DNA of 64,000 nt from Cyanidioschyzon merolae. Its lineage: Eukaryota. Location: the NCBI GenBank assembly GCA_000091205.1, contig AP006490.2. One strand, written 5' to 3'. The notes below the pieces were generated by a model, which was not told the DNA's origin, made no database searches, and saw only the letters and a program-made list of their open reading frames with translations. This document shows, piece by piece, positions 10,709 through 22,198 of the stretch. The translations under genes were made by a program, and so were the position numbers. Each line of letters begins with the position of its first letter. Positions within the stretch are counted from its first letter, which is position 1.

Positions 10709-12457
10709 GTGACCCGAATCCAAGGCTGTGCAAGGAAAAGAGTTCCCGAGTTCGAGTCGTATATTTTAGACAGCTACGCAACTTTGCAGAACGCAGCTGC
10801 TGACCTTCAGTATAGAACCTGTTCTCCGACGCTGGACGTGAATCACAGCGGTCTTGGAGCAGATAATCGTAGCGTGCGGCGAGCGCTGCTGGACCGTCAT
10901 GGCACTTGGTCAATCTCGAAAAACAGTCCTCTTCTTGGTTCGATTCTTTATTTGGTTCACCGCAAGCCTGGAGGCATTGTCCATTCTTCCGTTCAGCATC
11001 TGGTGAGGTTTTTCTGGGATGCTTCTGAATGTCTGCAGAGTAGACGCCGTGCGCTCGCGGTGGGCGGACATCAGCCTTTAAGATCTCGCAGAGCTGTTGC
11101 TCTCCAGTTGACGGCAGACGCCAGGTTGAAGGTCGCGGGAAATCATCTGCTCCGGGCACCAGCGAGCTAGAGTTAAAGCGTCTCAGAAGTACGCTTAGGG
11201 CAAAAAGATAAAATCGGTTTGAAGACGAACACCACGGAGCCGGTTTTGAGAGGCTCGTGGAGTCGAGTTCCTTGCGCTGGGTTTCGGCTGGGCATAACAT
11301 AGCTGTGCGAACTGTATGTGGCGGTTGGCGCGCGAAGAGGCATGAATTGCTTGAAAAAATGCTAGCAAGGGGTTCGATTATGCAACCGCTCGTTGGAATC
11401 CTGCTTCGATGGTGACGAGTGCGGTTTTTCAACACGCTCAGCAATGACGCTGCTTCGCGTGCGTGGCGCTGCGTCCGCACGACCGATGCAGGGATCCAGA
11501 CTCTTTCCCCGAAGCGTCGGACCCAGACTTCGCGTAGTTTCGACGATTGCTCCTCAAGCCAGGTTGCCGAAAAATGCCTGCAATGGCGCCAATTCCGAAT
11601 TCAGCAGCAATAGGTGAATACTGTGCTTCGCATCGCCTACAGGATGAACTGAGGCATCCGATTCGAATCGCAGCTTAGGATCTTTATAGTGTATGGGGCC
11701 ACTGATGCTTCATGGACGTCTCGTGAACTCTCTAGCGAACGCTTGCGCAATTCGACTCAGGAAGAGCTCGTTCCACTTCACCGGTCTTGCTCTATCGCAT
11801 GGGATGCGCAGATTCCGCCACCATGGTGCTCGCCTGAATGGATTCTTCGAAAGCCGTATTCACTGAACGCCTCGGATGTACTAGGGTGCTTTGTACAAAG
11901 GATCTTGTCCCAGAAATAGACAAAAATCCTGGAGCGGGTCGAGCACGCGTTGCCCCGTCGGTAACACCATCGTTGCTGTCTAAGTGATCCGCAGTACGAG
12001 CGAAGAGCGCAAAACTCGCGCAAACAGGAATCAAACGTCACGAAATTGTACAAAAAGTGTCCCGGAGGCGGTGTCCGTGTGATTGCGAACAGACCCGCCC
12101 CGCTGCTCCTGTGTGCGCACGCATGTACGCGTGTGCGCCTCGGGTACTGCCATCGCTCGCCTAGCGGGGCAGCTTTGTCCCGCGGACCTGCGTATGCGTA
12201 TTTGCGTGTTTGTGTGTGTTTGTGAAATCATACGGTGCATACATGCGACATCAGCATTCCAAGAGCATGGCTGTCTATATGAAGCACGCAGGCGAGGCGT
12301 GCGTGCGATCGAGCGTTGACAACGCGGTGCCGACGCACGTTCTGCATGCATGCCGTGTCGGATGCGTGCGTCGCAGGCATGCTCTCCCATCTCCTAGGCG
12401 ACAGCAATATGTTTTGTGCTGAATCTTGGGGTTCTATTTTCCAGTTGCGTCTGAAAC

Positions 12458-13402
12458 ATGAGCGAAAACCGTTTCAAAACTGCAAGCATACTAGGGACGA
12501 GTCGGAAGCTCAGTGCGCCGGACCTGCTTCGTGCACTCGAGACCAAACATACGCCAGCGTCAAGCGAATCCGCAAACCGGACTCTTTATGGACCAATGCC
12601 TCTTTCAAGAGCACTGCTTTCTAGGCAAAGGGCATCGTCGCGTCTCGCAACCGCGTCGATGACAATCTATGCCCATGCGGGCCAGTGTCGGCTGCCGAGG
12701 ATGCCGCTGGAGCTGTGGCAGCGAGCGTTTCGATTCTCTGAGTTTTTCGACTTTGTCAGCTTCTTTATGGGGGCTATGGAAAATCCGTGTCATGCGTGTT
12801 GGGTTCAACTGCGTGCGCTCTATCGAAATCTGTCCTCCGCTCGACTCACTGCGACGGAACGCTTTGTTTTGAACCTCGTTTGCCGGGTACACCCAAAGAT
12901 GCGGGCACTTGATGGGTCGGCGAACCGCAGGTCGCACCGCGTGAAAAGGAAGTGCCCCTCCAACATAGGCGACGAACCTGTGCCGTTTGGCCCCGACTGC
13001 AGTGCCATCGCTGTCGACGTCGCGATCGTGAATGCAGAGCGACTCGGTGTGCCACGACGTCTCATAGAGTCTGCTCTCGGAGATATCGCGTGGAGGCTCA
13101 ATTTCGTTCACTTTGGACAGATGGTTTCCAGGGTTTCTAATCTAGATATGCGAGCGAACATTCTTCGCTGCGTTTTTGCACGCCAAAGGGTCGGTCCGCG
13201 ATCTGCTGCCGCGAATGCCCTAGCAGCGCTCGAGACGGGCGCCGCTGACCGAAGCCTGGAGTTTCTGTGGCGCGTCGTACGCGACTGGGACACGGCGCGA
13301 CGGGCGGAATTTATCGCTGTTGTGCACGCAGCGCTCTCGGATCCGCAGCGTCTTTGCAGTCTGTTCTGCTCAAGAATAGATGGAGTGCCGGGTTTGATCT
13401 GA
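12458..13402 (+). CDS. hypothetical protein (314 aa)
   Basis: Long ATG-initiated ORF in a window where other genes are single-exon. No motif I recognise, apart from a weak F-box-like LPRMPLELWQRAF near the N-terminus. Confidence 0.4.
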   Translation: MSENRFKTASILGTSRKLSAPDLLRALETKHTPASSESANRTLYGPMPLSRALLSRQRASSRLATASMTIYAHAGQCRLPRMPLELWQRAFRFSEFFDFVSFFMGAMENPCHACWVQLRALYRNLSSARLTATERFVLNLVCRVHPKMRALDGSANRRSHRVKRKCPSNIGDEPVPFGPDCSAIAVDVAIVNAERLGVPRRLIESALGDIAWRLNFVHFGQMVSRVSNLDMRANILRCVFARQRVGPRSAAANALAALETGAADRSLEFLWRVVRDWDTARRAEFIAVVHAALSDPQRLCSLFCSRIDGVPGLI

Positions 13403-14561
13403 TGAGAATGGCGCTTCAAGCCGAGTTTTCTGATGCGCTCGAGGACGATGACCCTCGCATAAGTCACTGTCTACGCTATACTCGTGATGAGCAAGTCATT
13501 GTTTTGCGAAGGAACTGAAAGTGTACCACAGAGACGCACCAGTGTTCCCGCTTTCGGGATGGCAAGATTGGATCTGGGCGATGATTGGTTTTCGCGCATC
13601 CAGTGAGCAGAGTTACCTGCATTCACCTCTGTTCCTCCCTGGATCTCAATTGCATGCCATTACAACGTCCGATGTCCTCGAAAACCCGTTCAATCGTGGA
13701 ATGAGTAGTGCTACAATCACACCCGTACTGTGATCGTCGAGGTTCCTCGGACCCGAGATGCCGTCGCCGCGCCCGCCCGATGCGTGACGGTCTCGGCCTT
13801 GCTTTTCTCGATGATGATATCGTGATATGAGTTTTTTGTAAGGTTTGCAGTCTGAAAACGGGTACCCATGCGAAATCACAGGTGAAACTTCAATTTGGCG
13901 TCAATGGGCGGCGCATGCAACACCACGCATCCTCAACGTACAAAGCTTCCGTCGGCAGCTTCTAGCCACGGGAATGGACTCTATGCTGATTTTCCGCCAA
14001 AACTGCTACTCGCCCGCCGGCCTGGGCGTTAGGTGTGCCAAATCACGACCGTCAGAGCGATACCATAGAGATCGCGTAACTCCCGGAGACACAGTGAAGA
14101 TGTATTCATCGAAGGCTACCTCATGGGCTAACTACCAACCACAACGGAGCGGTATAACGCATTCTGGCGCGTACAGTTTCCTCCAAAGTGCACGGTTCTC
14201 CAGCATGTTTCAGTTGCGCGTTCTTAACGAGCACATCCACTGGAAGCGAACCCGTCACCCAGGTATCCGCAGCGTTCAGCTGGCGGACACGCTCGCCGAC
14301 GGTTTGTGACTATAATGGACATTGATGCCCATTTGCATGGATGCGACGCCATGAGCACCTCCGCCGAAGCGCACACCATCGTCAATTGTAGATGTTGGCA
14401 GACGTGTTCTCGCCCCTGCTTCGAAAAGGCATCGTGCCTCGTCGACTGTCGCCACGGGCTCTAGTGTGTTCCCGTCGACGCAATAGCTAGACCCGAAAGG
14501 GCCTCAATGCAGTCCTTGGAATGAGAGTTTGCTCATAACATGCTTGGGTAAACGCTTGTTC

Positions 14562-15317
14562 ATGCCTTTTTCTCACAACTATGGGGGTTTGCTTCGCCCG
14601 AAAACGCGCGTGGTAGCGCTGGCTGACTTCTGGCGTTGTACAGCGCTTGTCGTCCTAAACTCTCCAGATAGATCACTGTCCAACGAACAGGTGCACGGTT
14701 TGGCGTCAGCCTGCGGTTTCGTCGTTGCAGCCGACGGTGGAGCGAACTGGCTGCGCGGAACCAACGTCAGACCCAATGTTCTCGTGGGCGATTTGGACTC
14801 TGTAGAGGACGAAACTAGGAGTTTTTATGAGAAATCTTCAGTTTTATGTCAGAGTGATCCAGATGAGAGTCGAAACGACTTCCAAAAAGCGCTGACTTGT
14901 CTACCGGACGCGTTCCAACGAGCGGTTGTCATCGGCGGTGATGGCGGTCGCTTCGATCACCTGCTGGCAAATATTCATGCCATGTATGCAGACGCTATGC
15001 ATCATCAACACCGAGATGTTGTTCTGCTTTCGAGTAAAAGCATGGCGTTTGTGCTGCGGCCCGGTGGCCATACCATCCACATCGATGAATGTGTAGAAGG
15101 TCCCTCATGCGGCATGTTCCCCATGGGCGGGCCCTGCAATGTCCGCACGCGAAACTTGCAATGGGATGTCAATAGCGAAGGGTGGAATGGTCGTCCTTTA
15201 GAGTTTGGCTCATTCATAAGTTCGTCGAATCGCATTCTCGGAAACTCGGTATTGATTTGGACGGACGCGTTCCTGCTGTGGACCCATGAGGTGCGCTGGC
15301 CGTCGCCAGGTGGATAG
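14562..15317 (+). CDS. TPK: thiamine pyrophosphokinase
   Basis: Shows AADGGANWL, VLVGDLDSV and VVIGGDGGRFDH in the order characteristic of TPK. The track start at 14529 is TTG; the first ATG is at 14562 (MPFSHNYGG...). Confidence 0.8.
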   Translation: MPFSHNYGGLLRPKTRVVALADFWRCTALVVLNSPDRSLSNEQVHGLASACGFVVAADGGANWLRGTNVRPNVLVGDLDSVEDETRSFYEKSSVLCQSDPDESRNDFQKALTCLPDAFQRAVVIGGDGGRFDHLLANIHAMYADAMHHQHRDVVLLSSKSMAFVLRPGGHTIHIDECVEGPSCGMFPMGGPCNVRTRNLQWDVNSEGWNGRPLEFGSFISSSNRILGNSVLIWTDAFLLWTHEVRWPSPGG

Positions 15318-15441
15318 CGGCTGGCCTGCAGTCAAGCCCCATGCGGTGCGTCGCCACTCGTCCTGAGTACGACAACTAGGACCCAGTGAAAGTGCGTTCC
15401 GAGGCAATGCTGTGGATACGTGATCTCCGATAATGCCGAAT

Positions 15442-15571
15442 GGGACTTGTGAGCCTCGTCTTTGGTGTGCCAAAGAACGCCCAATTTTTCGAGATAACGC
15501 TTCCTTTGTTTGGTCTTGGATAAAATCGAGTAGGATGTATGGGCCTCGTCTCTGGTGTCTCAAAGGTCGCC
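15442..15571. repeat. pair of related ~31-nt motifs carrying a hairpin (TCTTTGG-TGTG-CCAAAGA)
   Basis: GAGCCTCGTCTTTGGTGTGCCAAAGAACGCC at 15451-15481 and GGGCCTCGTCTCTGGTGTCTCAAAGGTCGCC at 15541-15571 are 25/31 identical. The first has a perfect 7-bp stem; the second stem is degenerate. They sit in the TPK 3' flank. Confidence 0.4.
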
Positions 15572-16463
15572 GCACATAAGCATCCATTGGCAGAGAACGC
15601 GCTCGAAAGCCCGGCCAATACCGGGAGCCAGCCTAGAGTGTTCAGCACAGTGGCACCGTGGATTTTATATTTCCGCAACCGAGACATTCGACGTTTGTTT
15701 CCGGAAATAGATTCATCGCCATAGTCCCCTTACTAGTCATTGCAGTGAGAAAAGCTTCAAAGGAGATTACATCGGTCAACTGGAATAGAAATCAAGATCT
15801 CAATTAGATACGAGTCCAGAGAGATTTCCTCGACAAGCCCTCTGCGATATGGCAATCCTGAAGTTGAGGCGCCGCGAACCATTTCTGCGCACGCTTGCGT
15901 ATTCATTCCATACAGGCCAGTCATCGCGTACGTCAGTGGAAAGACCTATCCTCAGGCTCAAGCAGGGCGCCGCTCAGACGCACGCTCTCGTACAGGGAAC
16001 CATCTCGTTTTACCTACGCAGTGTGCACTGACGTTATCACCGGAAATGATATCGTATTTGAAGACCGGCATGAGCACACATAATGACCAAGTGACGATTT
16101 TCCTCAGGCCGCCGGCAGGTGCGTGTCTATGTAGCGGAAACTACAACATGTTGCAGCCGCCTCTGCTCATTACGGGACGCCATGATGCGCTCTGAGTTCC
16201 CCCAACACATCCCTGGCACGGCGCTTGTCTTGGGAGTACTCTCCGACCAAGGCATCTCACGCAAGCTTCCACATCCATGTACGGGATGCTAGAGGGAGGA
16301 CACATAGTGTGGTTGTGAAAGAAAGCAACCACCGCTCCACCACTAGAACCGGGGGATAGCTCCAACTGCGCTCGAATCTCAGCTCACTTGCAAAATCTTC
16401 AGCGTATAGTGTAGTCTGATCTGCCACGTTCGTCGCCGTGCTTCGAAACAGACTGTCACTTCA

Positions 16464-16964
16464 TCAATCGCTCGTAAGCTCGTTGACGCTCCAGTCCTCG
16501 TACGCGCCGTTCGGCAAGTGTCGTCGAATCTTCAACGGTATCTTCTTTGCACGAAGTTCTTTCTCCGCTATCAGCAGTGGATCGCTTTCACCCTCGAGGT
16601 CAACCAGCACGGGGGCTCCCAAACTGATCTGCAGAGCACGCGCGCCAAGCACGCGTGCGCGTTCGTACTTGGTCAGGAAAGGAGTCGTCACTCTATTCTT
16701 TAGGTCCGACTGGTCTTTGCTCCAGTGGCTTGATTCTCGAGCAACCTTCTCATTGTCCCCAGCGTATATCGTTGGCTTTTGCTCCTGCTCCCCGTCAGGG
16801 AGTACTTCGGCATCGATCTCTGTTTCAGGAACGGACTCTTTCAGCTCCTCTGACTCTTCCTGAAGTTCCTCACCCTCATAGTCATCGCCATAGTCATAGG
16901 GCAACTCGGGTTCAGCTTCCTCGTCTTCGATATAGTCATCTACGTCTTCCTCATCGGCTGCCAT
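16464..16964 (-). CDS. RPB6: DNA-directed RNA polymerases I/II/III subunit RPB6/RPABC2
   Basis: C-terminus [66 protein letters not shown] is canonical RPB6, preceded by the usual acidic N-terminal tail ([16 protein letters not shown]...). The track ORF extends 48 codons upstream to 17108; I take the start as the internal Met. Confidence 0.85.
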   Translation of the reverse strand: MAADEEDVDDYIEDEEAEPELPYDYGDDYEGEELQEESEELKESVPETEIDAEVLPDGEQEQKPTIYAGDNEKVARESSHWSKDQSDLKNRVTTPFLTKYERARVLGARALQISLGAPVLVDLEGESDPLLIAEKELRAKKIPLKIRRHLPNGAYEDWSVNELTSD

Positions 16965-18249
16965 TTGCAGTTGTGCAGTGACGTGCCGCAGCAGAAACCT
17001 GTACGCTCGATGAGACGCAAACGTTTGTCTGTGGAAGCTGGTCGGCACGCTGCGACGTCCGCGCTGGCGATGCGCCCCGTGCTGTGGATGGCGCCCGCTG
17101 CTGCGCACTCAGCGACTTCGCATCTTCCACCACCGAGCGTCGCCAGTGTTGCCTAACGAACGTTTAATGACGAAAATTTCCCGCAAAATGTGGATAGCTA
17201 GCAGCCTTGTGTCCGGAACTCCGATGAAGAGCTTCCTGACGCGGAGCTTCCAAGCGAATGAGGCCCGGTGAGCCTTCCCCGAATAAGAAGCTTTAAGATC
17301 CCAAATGACGCCCTGTATATTTCCGTTTCACAGATGTGAACAACTCGTGTCATGATCCTTGAGCGTAAAAACCGATTTTGACAGCAGGAAAGAAGCCTAG
17401 GACATGCCTGAGCCAAAGAGAATAGGCTGTACCGAAGAGCGACTATACGCGATCCCCAACTGCACACTCCGTGACGGATTTCGAGGGACAGACAGCATCG
17501 GTATCTAAATGCACGACAGAGGATTACGGGAAGGAAAAGCCACAGCGAGTGCCTCGACTGAGGATGCGGGATTGAACAGTTCTGTTCGTGTACCGGCGTG
17601 TAGGCATCTACGCGATTGAATCGCTGCCCGGGCTGATATTGTCGTCATTCTCACTTGTCGCTTTTTTACATGCAGCGATTCGCGGTGCCTTCAGTACCCA
17701 TATTCAGTTCTACCATATTTCCCGAATGATGTCTCATCGACTGAGACGAGCATCTGTCCTTTCTATTATCAGCGGTCGCGTCTCATTGCGAAATCGAAAG
17801 TGCGCAATTCGATGCGAAACGGTAGTCGATAGAAGTGTGCTCTTTCTTCGTCCATCTGCGTCCCTTCATTTCGGCTCGTATCAACATTGCGGAAGCTTCA
17901 CATTCAGTAGCTCCTTTGATAGTATTTCTTATGAAAGATATGAAGTGGAACGGATCGAAGAAGATACAATCAAGTAAGTAGAGCTTGATACGTTGGTTTT
18001 TGAGTGCACGACGATCAGAATAGGTACAGCGAGAAGGATCATGTACAGTGTTGCTGCAGTAGAAATACTGATTTGTTCAAGAATCATCGTTTTCCCGAGC
18101 TCGCAATGTAAGCATACAACCTTTCAGCAACAATTCTCCAATCTACAGGACAGATTCCTTGTATTCAATATCAGCGAGAGATAGAAACACAAACAAAAAG
18201 GGAACGCAGGTCCACGTACTCCTGAATTCTCTGCTCTATTTAGCAACCG

Positions 18250-19096
18250 TCGGCCTCTTTAAAATAAGTTGCACTGCTTCCTCGAACCGCAAAAGCAAAT
18301 CAACGACTCAGCCGGTTCTCCCGGTAGTTTCGACCACGGCTTCAAACACGAGGAAATTTTGCCTCAAAGCGGCTGCTCCAGCCGCACCGCAAGAGGCGCA
18401 CCCCACGGAGCTTGCAACCCTTTTGGACGTAGCTTACAATCAGTTGGCTCGGACTTCCTTTCGGTGCAGCTATTCCCATTCTAACCATGGCTCGAGGCCG
18501 CATCCGCTCTTGTATTCTCTAACTGCACTTGAGTTCCACCCTCAGATGCGTATCATCAAATGCTTTTTCGCAGTTTATGGCGGATGCATTCGAAGTGCGT
18601 TCATTTTCAAACATAAAAAATCCAAGGGAAATCTATGGACATCGAAGGCGGGGATCCTCAAGGGCCGTCATTGCCGAGTCCCAGAAGAAAAAACGAAAAA
18701 ACGTCTTATCGCCTACCATCGAGTAAAAAAAGCAAGCGACGACGGCGAAGAAGAAGATGGGAAATAGATGAGAAAGGGTGCTCGCCCGACAGAACGATGA
18801 AGAGACTGTGGTAGCACTGAACCCACCACTTCGAGCAGTCCGTGTAACGGTGAGTCCAACCAGCAGTGCCGCACGGAGGAAGCTCGTGAACCGGGACATT
18901 AACGCTGCCACCAGTACCAGGACATGTGCGGTGCTGAAGACGAGACAACAGGAGCAGATGCGATCCAACTTTTTGGGGCCAGACTCATAGGGTCGACGTG
19001 TGCGCGAGGAAAAACTGAAACCAAAAGCAGGCGGCTCGTACAACTGCCTGGGAGGCGTCTGCGCTTGAGTAGATCTATATTGACCCTCCGTGGTGG
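18250..19096 (+). mobile_element. Fanzor/TnpB-like element remnant (copy e), 5'-truncated
   Basis: ORF 18778..18990 reads TVVALNPPLRAVRVTVSPTSSAARRKLVNRDINAATSTRTCAV, a decayed RuvC-III matching TVVAYRSRVLAILALMSSTRGNKRMEFVNRDFSVAINIRTCA of copy c. The upstream DNA at 18500-18700 aligns with 45800-45960. The 3' module is hairpin CAGGC..GCCTG followed by GGGAGGCGTCTGCG at 19027-19063. The 5' boundary is approximate. Confidence 0.5.
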
Positions 19097-19378
19097 TGAA
19101 ACGTTTTCGTTATGCTGACAAATATAGGTAAGTTTCGTTGAGTGGAGGATCAAACGCGCAATCTACGCAGATCAACGGGGCATGCGTCGCACTTCCACAC
19201 GGGCGTCACCGGAATGCGCGCCATTGCGGTCGGAGAACTCCACGTTCCGCGTGCAAAGGCGGACGCGTTCGCTGCGCTCCTGAGTGCTCAAGTTCCGCAA
19301 CTGGTTTAGGAGCCCTTTCGACGTCACGCAGGCTCTGTATTGGAAAGAGCTACTTCTAGGGCTGTCCAAGAACTTCCC

Positions 19379-22198
19379 ATGGATGTACGTGAAGCGGTTG
19401 ATCTGCTGACGCCGTTTCGCGTACTACACCTCGTTGCAGCTGCGCTTTGTGCACAGGTGCCATGTAACCCACAGATTGACGGAGCAACTGGAACTAACGC
19501 AGCGGTGCAAGAGCGACGCGCCCTCACCTGCTTACACTTGCTCCATGTCGCTCGTGCTGGCCCAGCGGAGAATTTTGACTGGCGACTGAGCAGTCCTGAC
19601 ACATACTTTCCAGCACGCTCTGTACTAGACAGGTTGCCGTCGGCTGAGAGGGAAGAACTCCAACACTTTGCAGACCGCTGGGTAGAGCTTACTCGGCACG
19701 TTTTGAGCGAGTCTGTTGACGTTCTCTACGACGCCTTTGAGGTGCTCTTGGGTGACTTGTTCGTGAGTGTGCCGCTCTCACTCGGTGATGTCGTGCTCGG
19801 TTCGCTGCAGGTTGACGAGAGCTTTCAGTCACATGAGCAATCAGATACATTTGAGCGCGGTATATGCACTGATAGAGTGCTCCAGCGAAGTGCTTTCGCC
19901 GGGGGAAGCGCACTAGGCACTTTTGTACGTCGTTGTCGCGTTGCTTTTGAATCGCTTCCATTTGAGGCCGTCGCTCAACTGCATCGGGAAGTGACGCTTG
20001 ACCATACGAAGGCACCAAGCACTCATTATGCAAACGTGGTACATACCTCCTTCGACTTTAGTGCAGTTCGACGCGCGGCGCATCGTGCAGTGCGTGCGAT
20101 TGTTATTGCTGGTGGCCCGCCGCATCCGCGGGACCGAGCGCTTCTGAAGGCATCCACTGACCCAGCGGCTGAGCTCTTCCGCTGGGTTGACGCCGTATGG
20201 AGGCGGAACCTGAACGAGGCGAATTTCGCCCTCCGGCGTTACAACGATCTGGCAATAGCCCGATGCAATAGAGGTATGTTCGATAGCGGCCCTCAGGAGG
20301 CCGCTGTTGCGGTTGCGGGCATGCTGGTACTGATGGGACACCCGGTGCAGGCGAGAATTGCACTAGAAGAGAGCATTCGCGTTGCGCAGCAGACCGGTGA
20401 TCATGTAACGCTCTCGAGAGCCTTGACGTGGATAAGTCGCCTCACGGAAAATGAGCGCAAGCGGCTGCGATACCTCAAAGACTGCTGGACGCGTTCTCCA
20501 AAACTCAGCCAAGAGAGCGTATTAGCTCGCTTGGCAGCTGCGCACACGCTTCTGAATATGAATTTTCCCCTCGGAAATCATACAGCTACCAAGTTTCGGA
20601 AATGGCGACGAATTCTTCGGCACATGGAGTGCGCATACGCTGCGAGCGTGAACTCTCCAGAGGACACACATCTGGTGCTCGCATCGATGCACACATTGGC
20701 AGTCCTGTCTGGACAGCCGCTTGTCCTTCGAGAGTCGCTTACGGAGATGCGGCTCCGGTCGCTGCTCCCAAATATCAGGGAATTTACAGAAGATGGAGAT
20801 CACCGCACTCACGATGAAACTACCTCGAGTCTCTCGTCTGTAGATCATGATTCGTGCGAATCGAACGCAAAGAAAGCTGGCGCCGGCGCAAACTTTGGAG
20901 AGCATGAACGCTCGAGGCATCCTCTTGGAGAGCTCCCCGTGCAGTTACATCAATCCGCCTCGATTGATGATGGACCGGAAGATGCTGCTCATGTCGATGC
21001 GAATTTTCTACTGACCTCGAAGGAGCTTGGATTAGCCCCTACCGAGCATCTCGCGAGAGCTTTGTGCGCTGCAAGCGCCGAAACGCTCATGAGGCATGGC
21101 ATTTTGCGAGCTTCCTGGACAGCTGCTTTGCCGCTTCGGAACGCTTGCGCTCTTGTACGAGCGGCTGACGATGAGCCCGAATCGTCGCCCGTTTTGCGCA
21201 TTTTGCACCAGTGCCTCGCTCGGATCGCGTTCGAGTATGCGGTCGCCCGAGAGGAATGGCAGATCGCTGCCGCCTGCCTAGAGCGTCTAACATCATTCGC
21301 ACCTCCTATCGTGCAAGAGAAGTATCCAGATTTGGCCGGAAACTCCGCATCGACGGCTACCTTGAACGCCATATTAGATGTGCTCGACTGTCATGCGCGA
21401 TTCTGGCTCTGTCGTGCACAAGTCTCTGAAGCATTATATTTCGCGGAGGAATTCGCTCAAACCGCTAACAAATATGCAGCCCTTGGTTGCCGCTCGCGTC
21501 TCGTTGACGCTTTGCTTCTGCAAGTTGAGTGCTATCTGAGCGCCGAGATGAATGCGCGGGCGCTGGCGGCGTCGCTGGCAAGCATATCTCTCGCTGAATC
21601 CATTGGCGACGAGCCGCGGCGTTTTCGTGGTATTCTGTCCCTTGCACAGGTCCGATTAGCAATGCAAGCCGTGGACTCCGCATCTCGGTTGCTTGAGTCG
21701 GCAGACTCTATGCTTCTGGATCAGAAAGATTCTGCGTCCCTCGGTAGTGCAGCTCTCTGGAAGTCTTTGGTCAGTGAAGAGAGCTGTTTGTCACATTCAG
21801 ATAGGGCTCGAGTCTGGATGATGTTGGGCGGAATCGCGCTTGTCAAGATGCAGTCGCAGCAATCCGTTAACACCGGAGAGGCAACCAGCTGCTTCGAGAT
21901 GGCGTTCAGGACAGCGGACTTGGTCGCCCTTCAACGCGAGGCGTTGTTCGCGCTCCTGCATACCCGCGGTGCCAAGACGGATATCGCGGCCATGACAAAC
22001 TTCGAATTTAAGATGCAGTGCGTACGTCGACAGCAGAGCAGCTGGGCGGAAGCTCTGCAAGTTTCCGGCTCCACCGAATGGGAGCAAAATGTATGTTGCT
22101 ACCTCCAGCATACCCGAACAGAATTTCATGAATCCAGGAATTCAGAGAGCGATCTTTACATGGAAGTCGCGGCGGCAAACCGGAAAAGCGAGTGTTGA
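19379..22198 (+). CDS. large alpha-helical/TPR-like protein, possibly anaphase-promoting complex subunit 5-like
   Basis: 952-codon track ORF starting at a TTG; the first ATG at 19379 gives ~939 aa. The segment ...CNRGMFDSGPQEAAVAVAGMLVLMGHPVQARIALEESIRVAQQTGDHVTLSRALTWISRL resembles the ANAPC5 signature as I recall it (..AIRIAQE..DHVCL...L.WL). TPR-like helices follow in the C-terminal third. The coding call is strong; the product assignment is tentative. Confidence 0.75.
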   Translation: MDVREAVDLLTPFRVLHLVAAALCAQVPCNPQIDGATGTNAAVQERRALTCLHLLHVARAGPAENFDWRLSSPDTYFPARSVLDRLPSAEREELQHFADRWVELTRHVLSESVDVLYDAFEVLLGDLFVSVPLSLGDVVLGSLQVDESFQSHEQSDTFERGICTDRVLQRSAFAGGSALGTFVRRCRVAFESLPFEAVAQLHREVTLDHTKAPSTHYANVVHTSFDFSAVRRAAHRAVRAIVIAGGPPHPRDRALLKASTDPAAELFRWVDAVWRRNLNEANFALRRYNDLAIARCNRGMFDSGPQEAAVAVAGMLVLMGHPVQARIALEESIRVAQQTGDHVTLSRALTWISRLTENERKRLRYLKDCWTRSPKLSQESVLARLAAAHTLLNMNFPLGNHTATKFRKWRRILRHMECAYAASVNSPEDTHLVLASMHTLAVLSGQPLVLRESLTEMRLRSLLPNIREFTEDGDHRTHDETTSSLSSVDHDSCESNAKKAGAGANFGEHERSRHPLGELPVQLHQSASIDDGPEDAAHVDANFLLTSKELGLAPTEHLARALCAASAETLMRHGILRASWTAALPLRNACALVRAADDEPESSPVLRILHQCLARIAFEYAVAREEWQIAAACLERLTSFAPPIVQEKYPDLAGNSASTATLNAILDVLDCHARFWLCRAQVSEALYFAEEFAQTANKYAALGCRSRLVDALLLQVECYLSAEMNARALAASLASISLAESIGDEPRRFRGILSLAQVRLAMQAVDSASRLLESADSMLLDQKDSASLGSAALWKSLVSEESCLSHSDRARVWMMLGGIALVKMQSQQSVNTGEATSCFEMAFRTADLVALQREALFALLHTRGAKTDIAAMTNFEFKMQCVRRQQSSWAEALQVSGSTEWEQNVCCYLQHTRTEFHESRNSESDLYMEVAAANRKSEC

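Noticed and set aside
10925-10960. GGTTCGATTC, looked at as a possible tRNA T-arm
   Set aside because: No complementary T-stem or acceptor stem flanks it. I found no convincing tRNA, rRNA or snRNA signatures anywhere by eye.
10665-11480. 271-codon ORF upstream of SufS on the same strand but a different frame
   Set aside because: No motif, and it overlaps the SufS 5' end. Kept only as a note under the SufS finding.
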